Shown here one piece after another: positions 51,393 through 63,906 of a DNA stretch of 64,000 bases. The number at the start of each line of letters is the position of its first letter. Within the stretch, counting starts at the first letter, position 1. Made by a program: the position numbers and the translations under genes. This DNA comes from Ptychomitrium polyphyllum (lineage: Eukaryota): assembly GCA_973851085.1 (NCBI GenBank), contig OZ316776.1, forward strand, positions 12,958,001 to 13,022,000, given 5' to 3'. The notes beneath the pieces were generated by a model. The model did not search any database, had not been told where the DNA came from, and saw nothing but the letters and a program-made list of their open reading frames with translations.

Positions 51393-54300
51393 TACGGACC
51401 ATGCGATTGGACACTACAAGGAAACGACCATCAAATCAAGGTCTCTTACTACCTTCAAGCCCTACCTCTTGTTTTACATTTCTTAGCAAAATTAAATTGT
51501 TAGATGATGAAATAATTAGTGAGGCTCTTTTAGACACTGATGCATCGGCATGTTTTATGGATAAGGATTTTGCAACCAAACATCATATGGTGCTTGTGAA
51601 GAAGAAATACCCTGCACCTGTTGAAGTTGTTGATGGACGGTCTCTTGCGTTTGGCAACGTTATTGAAGAAACTCAACCCTTGGAAGTTGTTTTAGGAGAC
51701 CAGGCATCTAAGATTGTCTTCAACATCATTCAGTGCCGAACAAATCCTATTGTTTTGGACCTTCCTTGGTTTGAATTACATAATCCAGATATTGACCGGC
51801 GCTCACGGAGTGTGGTCTCAAGGAAAAGACGCCAAGGTACGAGAAATCGTCAAACATCATTTATTGAAACTAAGGCATTTATGAGAGCGGCAAAGGATGA
51901 ACCAATCTATGCCATTTAAGCCACGCCAATGTCTAGCTCGACAATAGAGACTAATCAAAACATACCTCGTCAATATCAAGATTATAAAGACGTTTTTGAA
52001 AAGAAGAATGTAGACATGTTATCAAAGCACCGACCTTACGATTGTACCATTGAATTGCAAGAAGGAGCCCAACCACCTTTTGGACCTATTTATAACTTAT
52101 CACAAACTCAGTTGGCTGCCTTGAAAGAATATATTGATGAAAACCTTGGAAAGGGTTTCATTTAACACTCTAAATCACCTGCTAGAGCACCCATTCTATT
52201 TAAAAAGATGAAAGATGGATCATTACGTATGTGCGTGGACTATCAAGGCCTCAACAAAGTAACAAAAAAGAATTGCTATCAATTACCATTAATTTCAAGA
52301 CTCCTACAAGAACTTGGCCAAGCAAAGATATTCACCAAAATTGATCTTAGAGGAGCCTACAATCTTGTACGCATCAAAGAAGGAGACGAATGGAAGACAG
52401 CTTTTCGATCTAGGTATGGTCATTTTGAATACAATGTCATGCCTTTTGGCCTTACGAATGCCCCCACGGTCTTCTAACATATGATGAATGATATCTTCTA
52501 TGAGCATTTGGACAATTTTGTAGTCATTTACTAGGATGACATTTTGATATATTCAAAGGATGAACAAGATCACAAATGTCATGTGCGATTGGTCTTAGAA
52601 AAACTACGCCAACGAGGATTATATGCCAAATTGGAGAAGTGCCTTTTCCATGAATCTTCGGTTGAATTTTTAGGCTACATCATTTCTAAAGGAGGAATCC
52701 ATATGGATAAGAAAAAAATAAGCACTGCCATGGAGTAGAGTACGCCAAGATCAATTCGAGATATTCAATGCTTCTTGGGATTTGCAAATTTCTACAGGAT
52801 ATTCATCAAGAATTATTCCAAGATTGCGGCACCATTAACACGTCTTACGGGGAAGCAAAAATTCATTTGGGATGAAGAGGCGGAAAAAGCATTTCAAAGT
52901 CTTAAGAAGTCATTCACGTCGACTCCAATTCTTATTCATCCAAATCCATCAAAGCCTTTCTATTTGGAAGCAGATGCCTCAAATTTTGTGCTTGGTTCAG
53001 TACTCTCACAATATGATGAAGACGGGAGACTTCACTCTCTTGCCTTTCGTTCAAGGAAGTTCTCAGCGGCAAAGATCAACTATGATATACATGATAAAGA
53101 ACTACTTGCAATTGTGGATGCGTTTGAAGAATGGCAACACTTATTGAAAGGAGCTCAACATACCATCACAATATACACAAACCACAAGAACTTGGAGCAT
53201 TTCATGAGTGCGCGTGTTTTGAATCGCTGTCAAGCAAGGTGGGTATGTCGCTTTTTAGATTTGACTTTGTCATTATCTATCGATCTGATAGCTTGCAAGG
53301 TAAGCCAGATGCCTTATCTCGAAGATCTTATTTAGCTCCTCAACCTGAAGATGATGTTTTGAATCAACAAAGGACTATTTTATTGAAACCAAAGAATCTT
53401 CAATTGAAAGCAATGATTATAACAACAACATCCCATCTTGACGAAATTTGGAAGGCTTTGAAGAATGACGTCTTTGTTGCATATATAAAGAAGCGCCTCA
53501 AAGACAATGGAAGTCTTTCAAATAGCGATGAGGACTTTGAATTCCAAGAGGGCCTACTTTATTATAAAAGACTTTTGTACCTACCTCTAGGCCCTTTGCG
53601 GTTGAAGATCCTTCAAGTACGTCATGATTTTCCAGCAGCAGGACATTTTGGATTTAAGAAAACAATGGAGTTGATTGCAAGAGACTATTGGTGGCCACAA
53701 ATGTGGAAGTATGTGAAGGGTTTTATTCAATCATGCGACACATGTGCAAGAGCCAAGGTACTAAGGCACCAACCTCATGGTCTCCTCCATCCACTTCTAG
53801 TGCCAAAGGGCCTATGGTTGTCTTTATCAATGAATTTTATCACGGACCTTCCAAACATCAATTTTAAGGATTCTATTTTGGTAGTGGTGGATCAATTTAC
53901 CAAAATGGCACATTTCATTCCAAGCAACAAGATGGTAACCGGAGATGAAACTGCCAAGTTGTTCCTAAATCACGTCTACCGCATACATGGACTACCAGAT
54001 GATATTGTATCCGATCGGGGGACGCAGTTCATTTCCAACTTTTGGAGGGCTCTATTCTAATTGTTGCGTATAAAGATCAATCTTTCTTCAGCACACCATC
54101 CACAAACTGATGGCCAAACCGAACGTGTGAATCAAATTTTGGAGCAGTACCTTTGTTGTAGCATAAACTACCAGCACAACAATTAGATGGATCTCTTGTC
54201 TTTGGCAGAATTTGCTTACAACAATACTGTGCATTCTTCAACAACTCAAAGTCCATTCTTTGCAAACTATGGCCATCATCCTTGAACAGATCCATTTCAA

Positions 54301-54857
54301 GTGAAGCATGTTGGAAGTCTTGCAGCAGAGGATTTTGCAATTCAACTTGCTAAAATCCATCAAGAAATTATCTTTTAGTTATAACAAGCTCAAGATCGTT
54401 ACAAAACTTATGCAGATTGCCATCGAAAGGACCATCAAAAGTTCAAGGTTGGAGATAACGTATGGCTCCTTTGACAAATATACAAAAAAAAAGACCATTA
54501 AAGAAGTTAGACTATCAAACGCTCGTACCATTTGAAATCAACAAATAAATAAATCCGGTTCATTATCGCCTAAAGCTACCACCAAGCATGCAGATTCATC
54601 CGATATTCCACGTATTGTTGTTGGAAACCTATAACAAATCATGTATACCAGAGAGAATTGTCCCTCCGCCTCTTCCGTTGGAAATCAATAATGAAATTGA
54701 ATATGAAGTGGAAGAGATCTTAGTTTCACGCATCAAAAATGGACGTATGGAGTACCTTATACATTGGCAAGGATATGGCATCAATGACCAAACATGGGAA
54801 CCTTCAACAAATGTAACAAATGCATCCGAGAAGGTACTCGAATTTCATCAAAGATAG
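51368..54857 (+). pseudogene. pol of element C (PR, RT, RNase H, IN, chromodomain)
   Basis: ALLDTDAS (PR); [27 protein letters not shown] and YLDD mutated to Y*DD (RT); EADASN..HDKELLAIV (RH); [22 protein letters not shown] (IN); EYEVEEI..YLIHWQGY..TWEP (chromodomain). Many stops are present. Confidence 0.92.
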
Positions 54858-56598
54858 CCTCAGAAACCAGGTCAGTGATGATGTATCATCAACAACCGTT
54901 AGCTTCACAGAGAAGATTTTTCTTCACAGACAAGTATAAGAAGGGAGGAGAGATATCCAAACTTCCAATTGTATGCAGTATTATTTCCAAGATAGATCAT
55001 TTCTAGATCCTAGCTAGTATGTTAAATCTTCGTGTTATTATAGATATGCGTGAAGAGCAGTCGGCCATGCCTTCATCAACAACAGCAACTGTTGAGCCAA
55101 CTCAACTTTCTCAGCCCTCGGTAACGGAGGATCTAAGTCAAGATATGAGAGGAACATCCCAACGTCAAGTACGACCTCGTACAAAAGTATTAACTAGTCG
55201 CCTTTCACATTCTAGTTTTAATTCAGATGCTTGCGCTTTAGTCATCTTGTTAGAAAATTGGAAGAGTCACTCCTGGAGGACCCAAAATCTTGTTTGGAGG
55301 ATGTTTTGAAGGACTTAATCAAGATCAGATCTTGGGATGGGACATTTCAACTACAAAAGACTTGGCTGGTGGTTATCGACGCTTCTTGCAAGGACTAGTT
55401 GAACCAGTGTACAAAGAACAACGAGCAGAGTATGTTGCTTCACTCTTTCAACAAATTTTGGAATTTGTAGAAATGTGATAAGCAAGCCAAGAAAACAACT
55501 CCTCATGGGACTTGTCGCTAAATGGGGAGGTGATGTCACGGACATATATCATGCAACATAGTCTTTAGAACATTTTAGAACCTTCTAGTATACTATAATA
55601 GCTTCTTAGAATACTTTTAGATGTCTATATAGCCTTTTAAAGTTTTTAGGAAGCTTCCTAGGAAAGTTCTTCTACCTCAGGAAATTTCCGAGGAAGGTTC
55701 TATCATCCTAGGTTATTTCCTAGGAAACTTCCTTGAAAGGTTCTATCACCATAAGAAACTTCCTAAGAAGGTTCCATCACCTTAGGAAACTTCCTAGGAA
55801 GGTTCTACCTCTTTAGGAAACTTCCTAAGAAGGTTCCGCTATCTTAGGAAATTTCCAAGGAAGGTTCCAATTCCTTATAAGCTTCTTAGGAAGTTTCCAA
55901 CATCTTAGGAAACTTCTTGGAAAAGTTCCTTAAACTTCCAGGACATTCTTAAGCGTTGTAGGAAGCTTCTTTAGAAGTATCCTAGGAGATACAAACGTCC
56001 TAGTATAAATAAGAGGCAAGACAAGGTATTCCTTAGTCTTGCCAACACAAGTTGTGGATCATCTTGAATCCTGCCTCATTCTTCGTATCAAAGTTCTTGT
56101 TAATCATTAGCTCTTTGGAAGCTAATTCTTGGGAAATCCTTCGTTTCTGTTTCTTGTTTCTTGTGTCCCTAACACCTTTCACTATCAGTGCGACAAGTCT
56201 CAAACGTCACTCCGAGGTCCTCCTTGTACCCTTAGTGTTGCGAGCATTCCTCAAGAAGAGGTGCGTGACAATTAAACACATATTTAAGATAAAATTTATA
56301 AAATATTTCTTTTTTTATTTTAAACAATAAAGATTAAATATGTTATATAAAGTTCCAACAATGATGACAACAATTTTTTTTCTGCGTAAATAACAATGTT
56401 AAATTGGCTATATTAATGCCTAAATACAAATTTTTTAAGCAATATTTATAATGAACTTACATTGTAATTGAGAGGTAGCTCATTAAATAATTAAGAAATT
56501 TTTGGAATATGTTCAAAATTTAAAATCTTTGTATAATGATGTATGTAGATATGGATTCAATAATGAAACTATTAAGTTCCAAAACCACTAATTGTGAC

Positions 56599-56670
56599 AA
56601 TGAACATACCAGATATTATAATGAACATACCAGATATTATAATGAACATACCATATATTATAATGAACAT
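56599..56670. repeat. 21-nt tandem repeat, about 3.4 copies
   Basis: Unit AATGAACATACCAGATATTAT. Confidence 0.9.
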
Positions 56671-57411
56671 TTTTTAATAGAAGTACATTATAAATAAACA
56701 TAGAATTAAATATTAGATAATCTTCTTAATATATTCTTTTTGTGTTTCATCTTCCTTAATATTAAATTTTATTTTAAAAAAACAGCTAAGGAAAAAAACC
56801 ATTTTGTTTTTTAAAATCAATGATTGTAAGCCCTATGCAAAAACCACCTATATGACAAGTATTGAAGTTAGAAGAAACAATTTTTACAAATCTTTGCAAA
56901 AAAAGATTTTACTTTCATATAAGATTTCAAATAAATTTTTTAGAAAAAAATATGAAATACATTATGTATAACAACATATTTATTTATAAGTAAGTTCTAA
57001 TATACATCGTTAAAAACACTTATTTAATATTTGATTCTCTTCAGGATTTCAAATAACAAAGCATTTAGTTTAAATTTAACATGATTATGTATAATTTGCA
57101 AACAACTAATTAAGAAAAATAAACATCAAGGTTTGCCAAGCTCTTGCACACATGATTGTGTGTTGTACAATTCAACACCACTATAATGAAACTCAAGTTC
57201 AATATAAGCTACAGAGCATGGCAATGTGCAATGCTTCTAATTGGGTGATCATTTTGGTAGCACCTAAGTTATATAACTTATTCTACAATGACAACTCATT
57301 ACTATGTACATGGGAAGAGTAAAAAGTTTCCACCACATAAGAGAACGATGTGCACACGTACAAATACTATGCGCAAATGCTAGTCAAAATCATTACAAAA
57401 CTCAACGTGGG

Positions 57412-58544
57412 TCAAGGTTGCGAAGCAGGGCGAAGAAGTGGTGATGACTGTGGACCAGTTTCCACCACCGCTTGCTCAACGTGCACAAAATAGTTGAAAG
57501 CTTGCCATCCGCCGAGAATACGCCATATCTCGGCTAGTAAATCCAAGCCTATGCAGCAGGCACAGACGCATGAAATGGTGTAAAGAATTGCATAGACGGC
57601 CAGCACAACTATGCATGCATGGAATATCCACTCGGCGGCCGTTCCCAGCGTCACCTTCCACTTCTGGCCTGAAAGTGATAATTGCATCACAACAATGTCG
57701 CCAAACACCATGGGAATCGTATCATCAAGACGCAGAATTGAAGAATATGGTACAACTGCTGTTTGAGTGCTTCAGTTATGACGATGAAGTGCAGTGAACG
57801 ATTGATGAACACATGACCTCAAATCGGAGAGGTTAAGGAAGACAGGGCGAGGCGTACCTTGAGTATCAGAGACGAAGCGATTCTCAGATTTTCGATTCGA
57901 GTCGGTGTCGTCGAGTTCTCTAGAGATTTCGCCAGTAATAGCAGCGGAAATCTGCGTTTCACTGGCGGAAAACTGAGTTTTCAACTGGATTTCATAATCA
58001 CTAACCCTAAACCAGATCCACCTAGACACTCCCTCCCACACTACTTTGAAGAGGTAAGAATTTGAAAATCCTCCATTGAATTCAATTGAATTCAATTGCC
58101 GACTGCAACGGCGTGTCATGCTGATTGTGTTACTCTGCTTGGCGACGGAATGACGGCATCTCAGAGTGCATTGAAAACTTCAAAACCTGTAACCTGCAAA
58201 CTACGACTACCGCCCCGCAGGATGCAGGATCAACCCTAAACCCTCCAGAACAAAGGCAAGCAACAAACACACCGCCGAAGCGTAGAGTGAGCGAATACAC
58301 TAACCTTGACATCGCCCCTCATCCGCGCAGTGTACGCAGACACGCTAATCTCATCCAAATCAGAATCACCCAGTTCAACTGCCTCCAGCTGATACTCCCG
58401 CACCTCGGTAGTACTTGGGGACGACAGATCCCGATCAGCAGGTCTGATACTGCGCCCGTGCGAGAACGAGACGCAACCGAGAAAAGCTAGCAAGACAACC
58501 AGAACGAAACCAGTCCCTCCCGCCCGCCATCGAATTTCAGCCAT
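57412..58544 (-). CDS. Uncharacterised secretory-pathway membrane protein, about 217 aa, 4 exons
   Basis: Minus-strand exons 58544-58305, 58186-58134, 57961-57858 and 57668-57412 join in phase at GT-AG junctions (654 nt). The ATG context is GCTATGG, there is a signal peptide (FVLVVLLAFLGCVSFSHG), and a TM helix is followed by the Cys cluster SCVCACC. Confidence 0.7.
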
Positions 58545-61340
58545 AGCGATGCGGGTACGAGACGCTCCCTTGAATCTAGTAGCGAATCCGCTCGAGGCTT
58601 GCAGCCGATGCGACCACAGCCTGGTCGCTCGTCACTGCTGTGCGTTCGCGTTCACGTTCGCATTCAGGTGCTGCTGTCGAGCCGCCGCCCCTGCGGTCGT
58701 CGCTACCCCGTTCCCACTGGCGACTTAAGACGCTGACGTCGGATTGGCGGGCCTTGCCTTCTGGGAAAATGTGCCAGCGAGCACCTGCGTCCCACCTGCA
58801 TCACTCAGAAGCACTTGTGATTCAATGCGACCCCTTGGCACGCCTCGCATCCGTTAGTACTTCATTGTGCTGTTGTGGAGGTAATTGTTTTCTTTTTCCC
58901 TTCTTTGCCACAAATAGAAAGAAACTTTTAGAAAGAAATCGATGCAAGAACAGCTGCAGAACCTTCTTCAATCACCTCTCTTGAAAGCAATTGTGCCGTC
59001 CTCTATGAAAGAAGTAACAATCTGTAGAGCCAAAAGCTAGTTAGAGAAAACCTAAATCCTTAATTTGAAATAAAACTAGCCTCAAATTTGCTTTAGTTCA
59101 CTAAAACATGCATAAAAGACAAATACACTTTTTGGATACTTATTCATACATGGGTAGAACATGTCAAGTATAATCATTTTCCCTTACTCTGCTCTTGAAA
59201 TCATCCTTACTAGGCCATTATTAAATCCTACAAATAAGACTTATTTGGATGAAAAGTAAATCGGGCTACACAAACGACGGAAAAGCGCCGCAGAGACGAA
59301 ATGGAAAGAAACAGCAGACAGCGTGTGGAACCGGGCCAGCGCAACCAACCGTGGGGCTGGGAATCCTAAGACCGTGAGGAGGGACCAACGGTGAGGGAGG
59401 GGGAGGCAGGGAGTGGCGACGAGGGGACCATGCCGCAGCGTGGGACCGACGCTCGCGCAGCCGAGTCGTCGATGGCGCCCTGCGTCGCGGATTCCTTCGC
59501 AAGCTTTGCGTCGTCACGCACTCCATCGCCGCTCTTGCCCCCGCTCGCAACCCTCTTTCACAGGTCCTTGCGTTGCGGTTCACATCCGCCGGCTAGTCAT
59601 TCGCGCTTGCTCTAACTGGCGGCAACCTCGTAGTGCAGCACCGGGGCAGCCAGCGACCGGGGGCGCATCTTTGCGCGCAGCGGTGCCGGGTAGGTACTGC
59701 GACCTTACCATTCGCGGCATTAGGTGTGCATGCGTTCCGGCGCACTCTGGCGGGTAGCTAGCGGGGTTCGTGGTCGCACTAAGTTGAGAATTGAGCGACT
59801 TGCGGGGGAGGAAGAGGGAGATGGACTCCTAGGGTTGCGAGGCGATCGATCAGGTCGATCAGGTTGGAGTGGCGGGGGATTGGGGGTGCTCTGCGGGGAC
59901 TGCGGTTGTCGTAATTAGCGGTATACTTGGTGTTTGGGTTTGCAAGCCGATCACTTTCCACGTGACTGTCGGCACTGGTTTTGAGTCGGGGGTGTCTTCA
60001 TTTCGCCAGTTGTGGTGGTTGAGTGTCACCAGGAAGACGAACCGGTCAACTGCGCTCGTCACGCAGGAGCTGGGCTTGTAATGCGGCCGTGGCATGTCTA
60101 GGGTTGAAAATTGGCGTTTTTGGGGTCATGAGTGGTGATGATTTGGACAGGAGTGATTTTCTTGTGGAAGATGAAAGCGTTAGGTTAACCATCTGGAGGT
60201 GAGGTGCGAGGAAGGTGGGAGGTTTTGTGTGGATTGGGTGCTGAATCTGTTAAAGGGCTACATATTCAAGGGTAGAATGTGATGGTCTGCGGTGGTTGGC
60301 TGGTTAATGTGGGAATTTGTTGTTCAGGTCAAGGACTTGTGAGAAATTTTACCTGCTGAAGTGAGGACAGCACGTATATATTTCGGGTAGGATCTCTATT
60401 CTGCGCTTCAGAGTCAAAGTTATGTTATTCTATCGATTTTGTGTACATTGTTACGTAACCCTTTCTTAGGATGGACTGGTTTGTAAAAAAACTTTCTATC
60501 GGCAAGACTGCACTTTAGCTTTTAGAGGCTGAGATGGCAAACGATTGCAGCTGATTTGAACAATTTCCAAGTGCCGAAAGAAAATAAAGGAAGTCGGTGT
60601 AATTAAGTCATACAATTACCAGCGTCATGTGATTAAGTTATACAATTGGTATTATCCCTGCTTCATGTTTGCCTTTTTAGGGGGAAGGGCTTGTTATGCC
60701 GTAATTTAGCAAATTAAATTGTTGCACGTAAATGGTTTGAAATTCTTACCTTCTTGAACTGATGAATGGGTTGTTATTTAAAAAAAACAGAAACAAAAAT
60801 GAATTTACCTAAAATAGAAACAAAAAACTTATTTGGTTTCAGATGGACACATCAACCCAGCTGTGACATTCGGATCATTTCGGATCAAGAGAGGCGACGT
60901 TCTCATGGTTAGTGTTGTACACCGTTTGTCAAAGTTTAGGAGCCATTTGTGAAACAAGGGTTGTGAAAGGTTATCAGCCTGCATTCTACTATAAGGTTGG
61001 TGGTGGAGCCAACATTGGCCCGCGGCGGCATCGAGAGAGGCGGGCTTGGAGCAGGATTGTGAGAACCTTTGTGCTGGTTTCCACCTTTTCCACTGTCACA
61101 GACGCCAAACGAAATGCTTGAAGCTCTCATGTTCAGGTGAGCTGCAGCTTTTCCCCCCTCTAGCCTTTACACAGATGAATTAATCCTGCATTTGCCATAG
61201 GTAGCTTTGTTCTGATTTAATTAGTTCTTGTAGCGCGGCCCAGACATTTTGCTTCGCTTATGTCACTCTAAATTGCTTTCATGGTTATTGCGAGAAATTG
61301 CAGGGTTGTTCGCTTGAGATGCTGACAGTAGGAGACAATC

Positions 61341-63906
61341 ATGGAGGATGAGGAAAGTGGAGGTTCAGATTTCAATTCAAGTGAGGGAGGGTCAGGGAGC
61401 TGGTCGCCTAGTCCTTCCCATAAGACTAATCAACATGTACTCAACAGGGAAGGTCTGCATTTTCTTCCTTTAAAATCTTGCTCCAGTGGTAAAGCTTTTT
61501 TCTACCTTTTGTGAATGCAGTAATTGTGTCTCAACCATCAGTTTACTGAGAACCCGGTTGCTTTTGCTACAATATCCTTTATTTTAGGAATTATAGACAT
61601 TCTTTTACTGTCAAAAATATCACCTGTTCACAAATTCGAGAATCTAGAAATGAGATAAAGAAACCCTCTTTTTGATGCTCGGCTCGATAAACAGATTGCT
61701 GTGCACTTAGATGTTGGTACTTTGTGGCAGGAGGCTTCGGTAGAATGGAGTCAAAACAGCTCTTAAGCAACGACTTCTATACACGACAATTTGCTCAGCA
61801 TCGATCAGAAGAGTCAGATGAAGATTTTGAAGAGGGATCAGATGAAGAGGGGGACGAACTTGAAGTGCAACGGCAACAGCAAGTACATGTAAGTGTGGAT
61901 AGAGAAGAGGATGGCCTAGAAAGTGATTACGATGGAGAAAGTGACTACGATGGAGTTTACGAGGAAACACAGCTACTGGAACAGTATAATGCTGCTCACT
62001 GCAGCAAAGTAGACCAAGAAGAGAAACTTGGCTGCAGGGGTTTAGTGGAATTGCCGCATTCCACTGATAATAGCATGCAGAAACTGAGAGCTAAACAGGC
62101 ATACGAGGAAACCCAGTTGCTCGAGAATTATGATTTTGGCTTCTATGGCAGTGCGAGACATGAGAAGGGTGGTAACTCAAAAGGTATAGAAGTGAGGTTA
62201 TGTCCATGTTTATGATTTGAGATCGCTCTCCATATTAATGTCATTGCATTCGTTTGTGGCAGATGTGCCATATTGGATACCAATACTGTTATGAGCTCTT
62301 GACCTGTCTGATCACCAATCATAGTAATTCCTGTTAACATATGCATGGACTATACATTCTAGAACCAATTTTCTTGAACTTAATCTTTATTTACAAAACC
62401 GTGCAACTGAAATGCGCAGATCTGGAAATCTTGCAGCATGAGAGCGTTGATTCAGATGCTGAGACTGCGGATGATGAAGAACCAACCGAGGTTGTTCATT
62501 TAGACGCAACCACAGATGATGAAGCCACCACCTCAAGGCAAGGTGAGTTACTGAAAGTTTGTTAAAGCAGACAGTGCGAACATCATCCAATCATGAGGTA
62601 TATGAGCGGAAGCATATAATGGAGATCCCTTTATAGCATTGTCTGAATGTAGGGGTTTGCACGTCTCAAGGGTGTAGGAGTAGGATTACATCGAAATTGA
62701 CTTGCATATACATTTTGAGGAGGTCATTATGTCACAACTTCGAGCTGAAAGGAGAATTTCAGGGCAACGTACCTCATAGTTGATCTTGCAAGCTTACGAA
62801 TTAACCGTGCCTTCGGTTTGATGAGATATTTATGGAGTTGCACCTCTTAGTATTCTATATGATACAAATAGTTTGGTGGGTGAACAAGACTGTTTCATGC
62901 TCATTTTGTTACCTACTTTGCCTTGTTAGACCAGCAGGAAGTGGCGTGGAAGGAAAAACCAAATTCAAGATTTCGTCAAGAACGGATGTGTGAATTTGAT
63001 ATGGATCTCAATGTTAGTCTTGAGGAGGAGATGGATTGCGAGTATTATGGGGAACCAAGGAATTACAATTCTCAGCTGGTCCATACTGAGACACAGTTGG
63101 TCCCAAGTACTGAGACACAGTTGGTCAGTGATACATTTCGTGGCTGGCACTGTGATACACAATTAGTCTCGACCACTGGAAAGGAGTTTCTGGATGACAT
63201 TACCACCAGTCATATCAAGGCGGTGGCTATCGATGCCAAGGAGGTGCTTTGCGAAGCTAAACCGTCTTCTTCCTTTTGTCAGGAGTTCCCAAGTCTCACC
63301 ACTGAGAGTAAATTGAAAGCAGTCCCGTCAGCATCTGAGGCTTCAGAGGGTTCATCGTTTCAAAGCTGTGTTGGTACGGTTCATGCCGAGTCTATGCGAA
63401 TGGCAGCCATGCAGCCGTTAACGTGGCTTCCTAAACTAAAACTTGATGATCATGTTTTTCGTAGCTCTCAAAGCCATCCATTTTTCAGAAATAGGAAGGA
63501 GGCTGACAAGAGTGATTATAAGGGTGAGCTCTCTTCAGGTGAGCCAGAGTGGATGCGGGATTATGGATCTAGAGGGGACAGTCCGATGAAAAAGAATCTG
63601 GACGAAAGAATAGGTGCTTCAGGGTTAAAATCTGGGCAAGAGTACTCTTCCTCAAGGGTTAACAAGGTTACTGGGATGCTCACCAGTGGACAAGGAGAGT
63701 TGGCAGAACAGGTTTGGAACAGTAAGGGAAGGGGAGATTCTCTGTTCGGAACCTCCAATATGTCAGGTGGTAGTTATAAGGGCGCTACGGGAAAGCCAGG
63801 AGTTGGGAGCAGGTTTTTGCCAAATAATACTACATTAGCGCGTCGAAGTTCATTTGGACCTAAGCCGCCATCTCCAACGGGTAGCATGAACTACTTGGAC
63901 TCTATG
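61341..63906 (+). CDS. Acidic, TQxPhi-repeat protein, 3'-partial; possibly BCP3/BCP4 (MDC1-like BRCT) family
   Basis: Exons 61341-61452, 61731-62183, 62420-62542 and 62930 to about 63906 join in frame. It carries five (E/D)TQL(L/V) motifs and acidic low-complexity tracts. No BRCT domain is visible in the window, so the family call is inference. Confidence 0.6.

Larger units (their letters stand above)
49648..56174 (+). mobile_element. Ty3/gypsy chromovirus LTR retrotransposon C (Tf1/sushi/Tcn1-like), full length but decayed
   Basis: 5' LTR 49648-50139 and 3' LTR 55534-56174 (TGTCACGGAC...CCCTAACA), PPT AAATGGGGAGGTGA, and domain order gag-PR-RT-RH-IN-chromodomain. There is no matching TSD. 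Confidence 0.93.
49046..56270 (-). mobile_element. Solo LTR B (element-A family, inverted), split by element C
   Basis: 49046-49647 is the reverse complement of about the last 600 nt of the A LTR, and 56175-56270 of about its first 95 nt. It is flanked by TSD ATTAA (49041-49045 and 56271-56275). The left terminal TG reads AA. Confidence 0.85.

Noticed and set aside
59266..60095. Several overlapping Arg/Pro/Ala-rich ORFs on both strands
   Set aside because: These are typical artefacts of a GC-rich promoter or 5'-leader, mostly with non-ATG starts.
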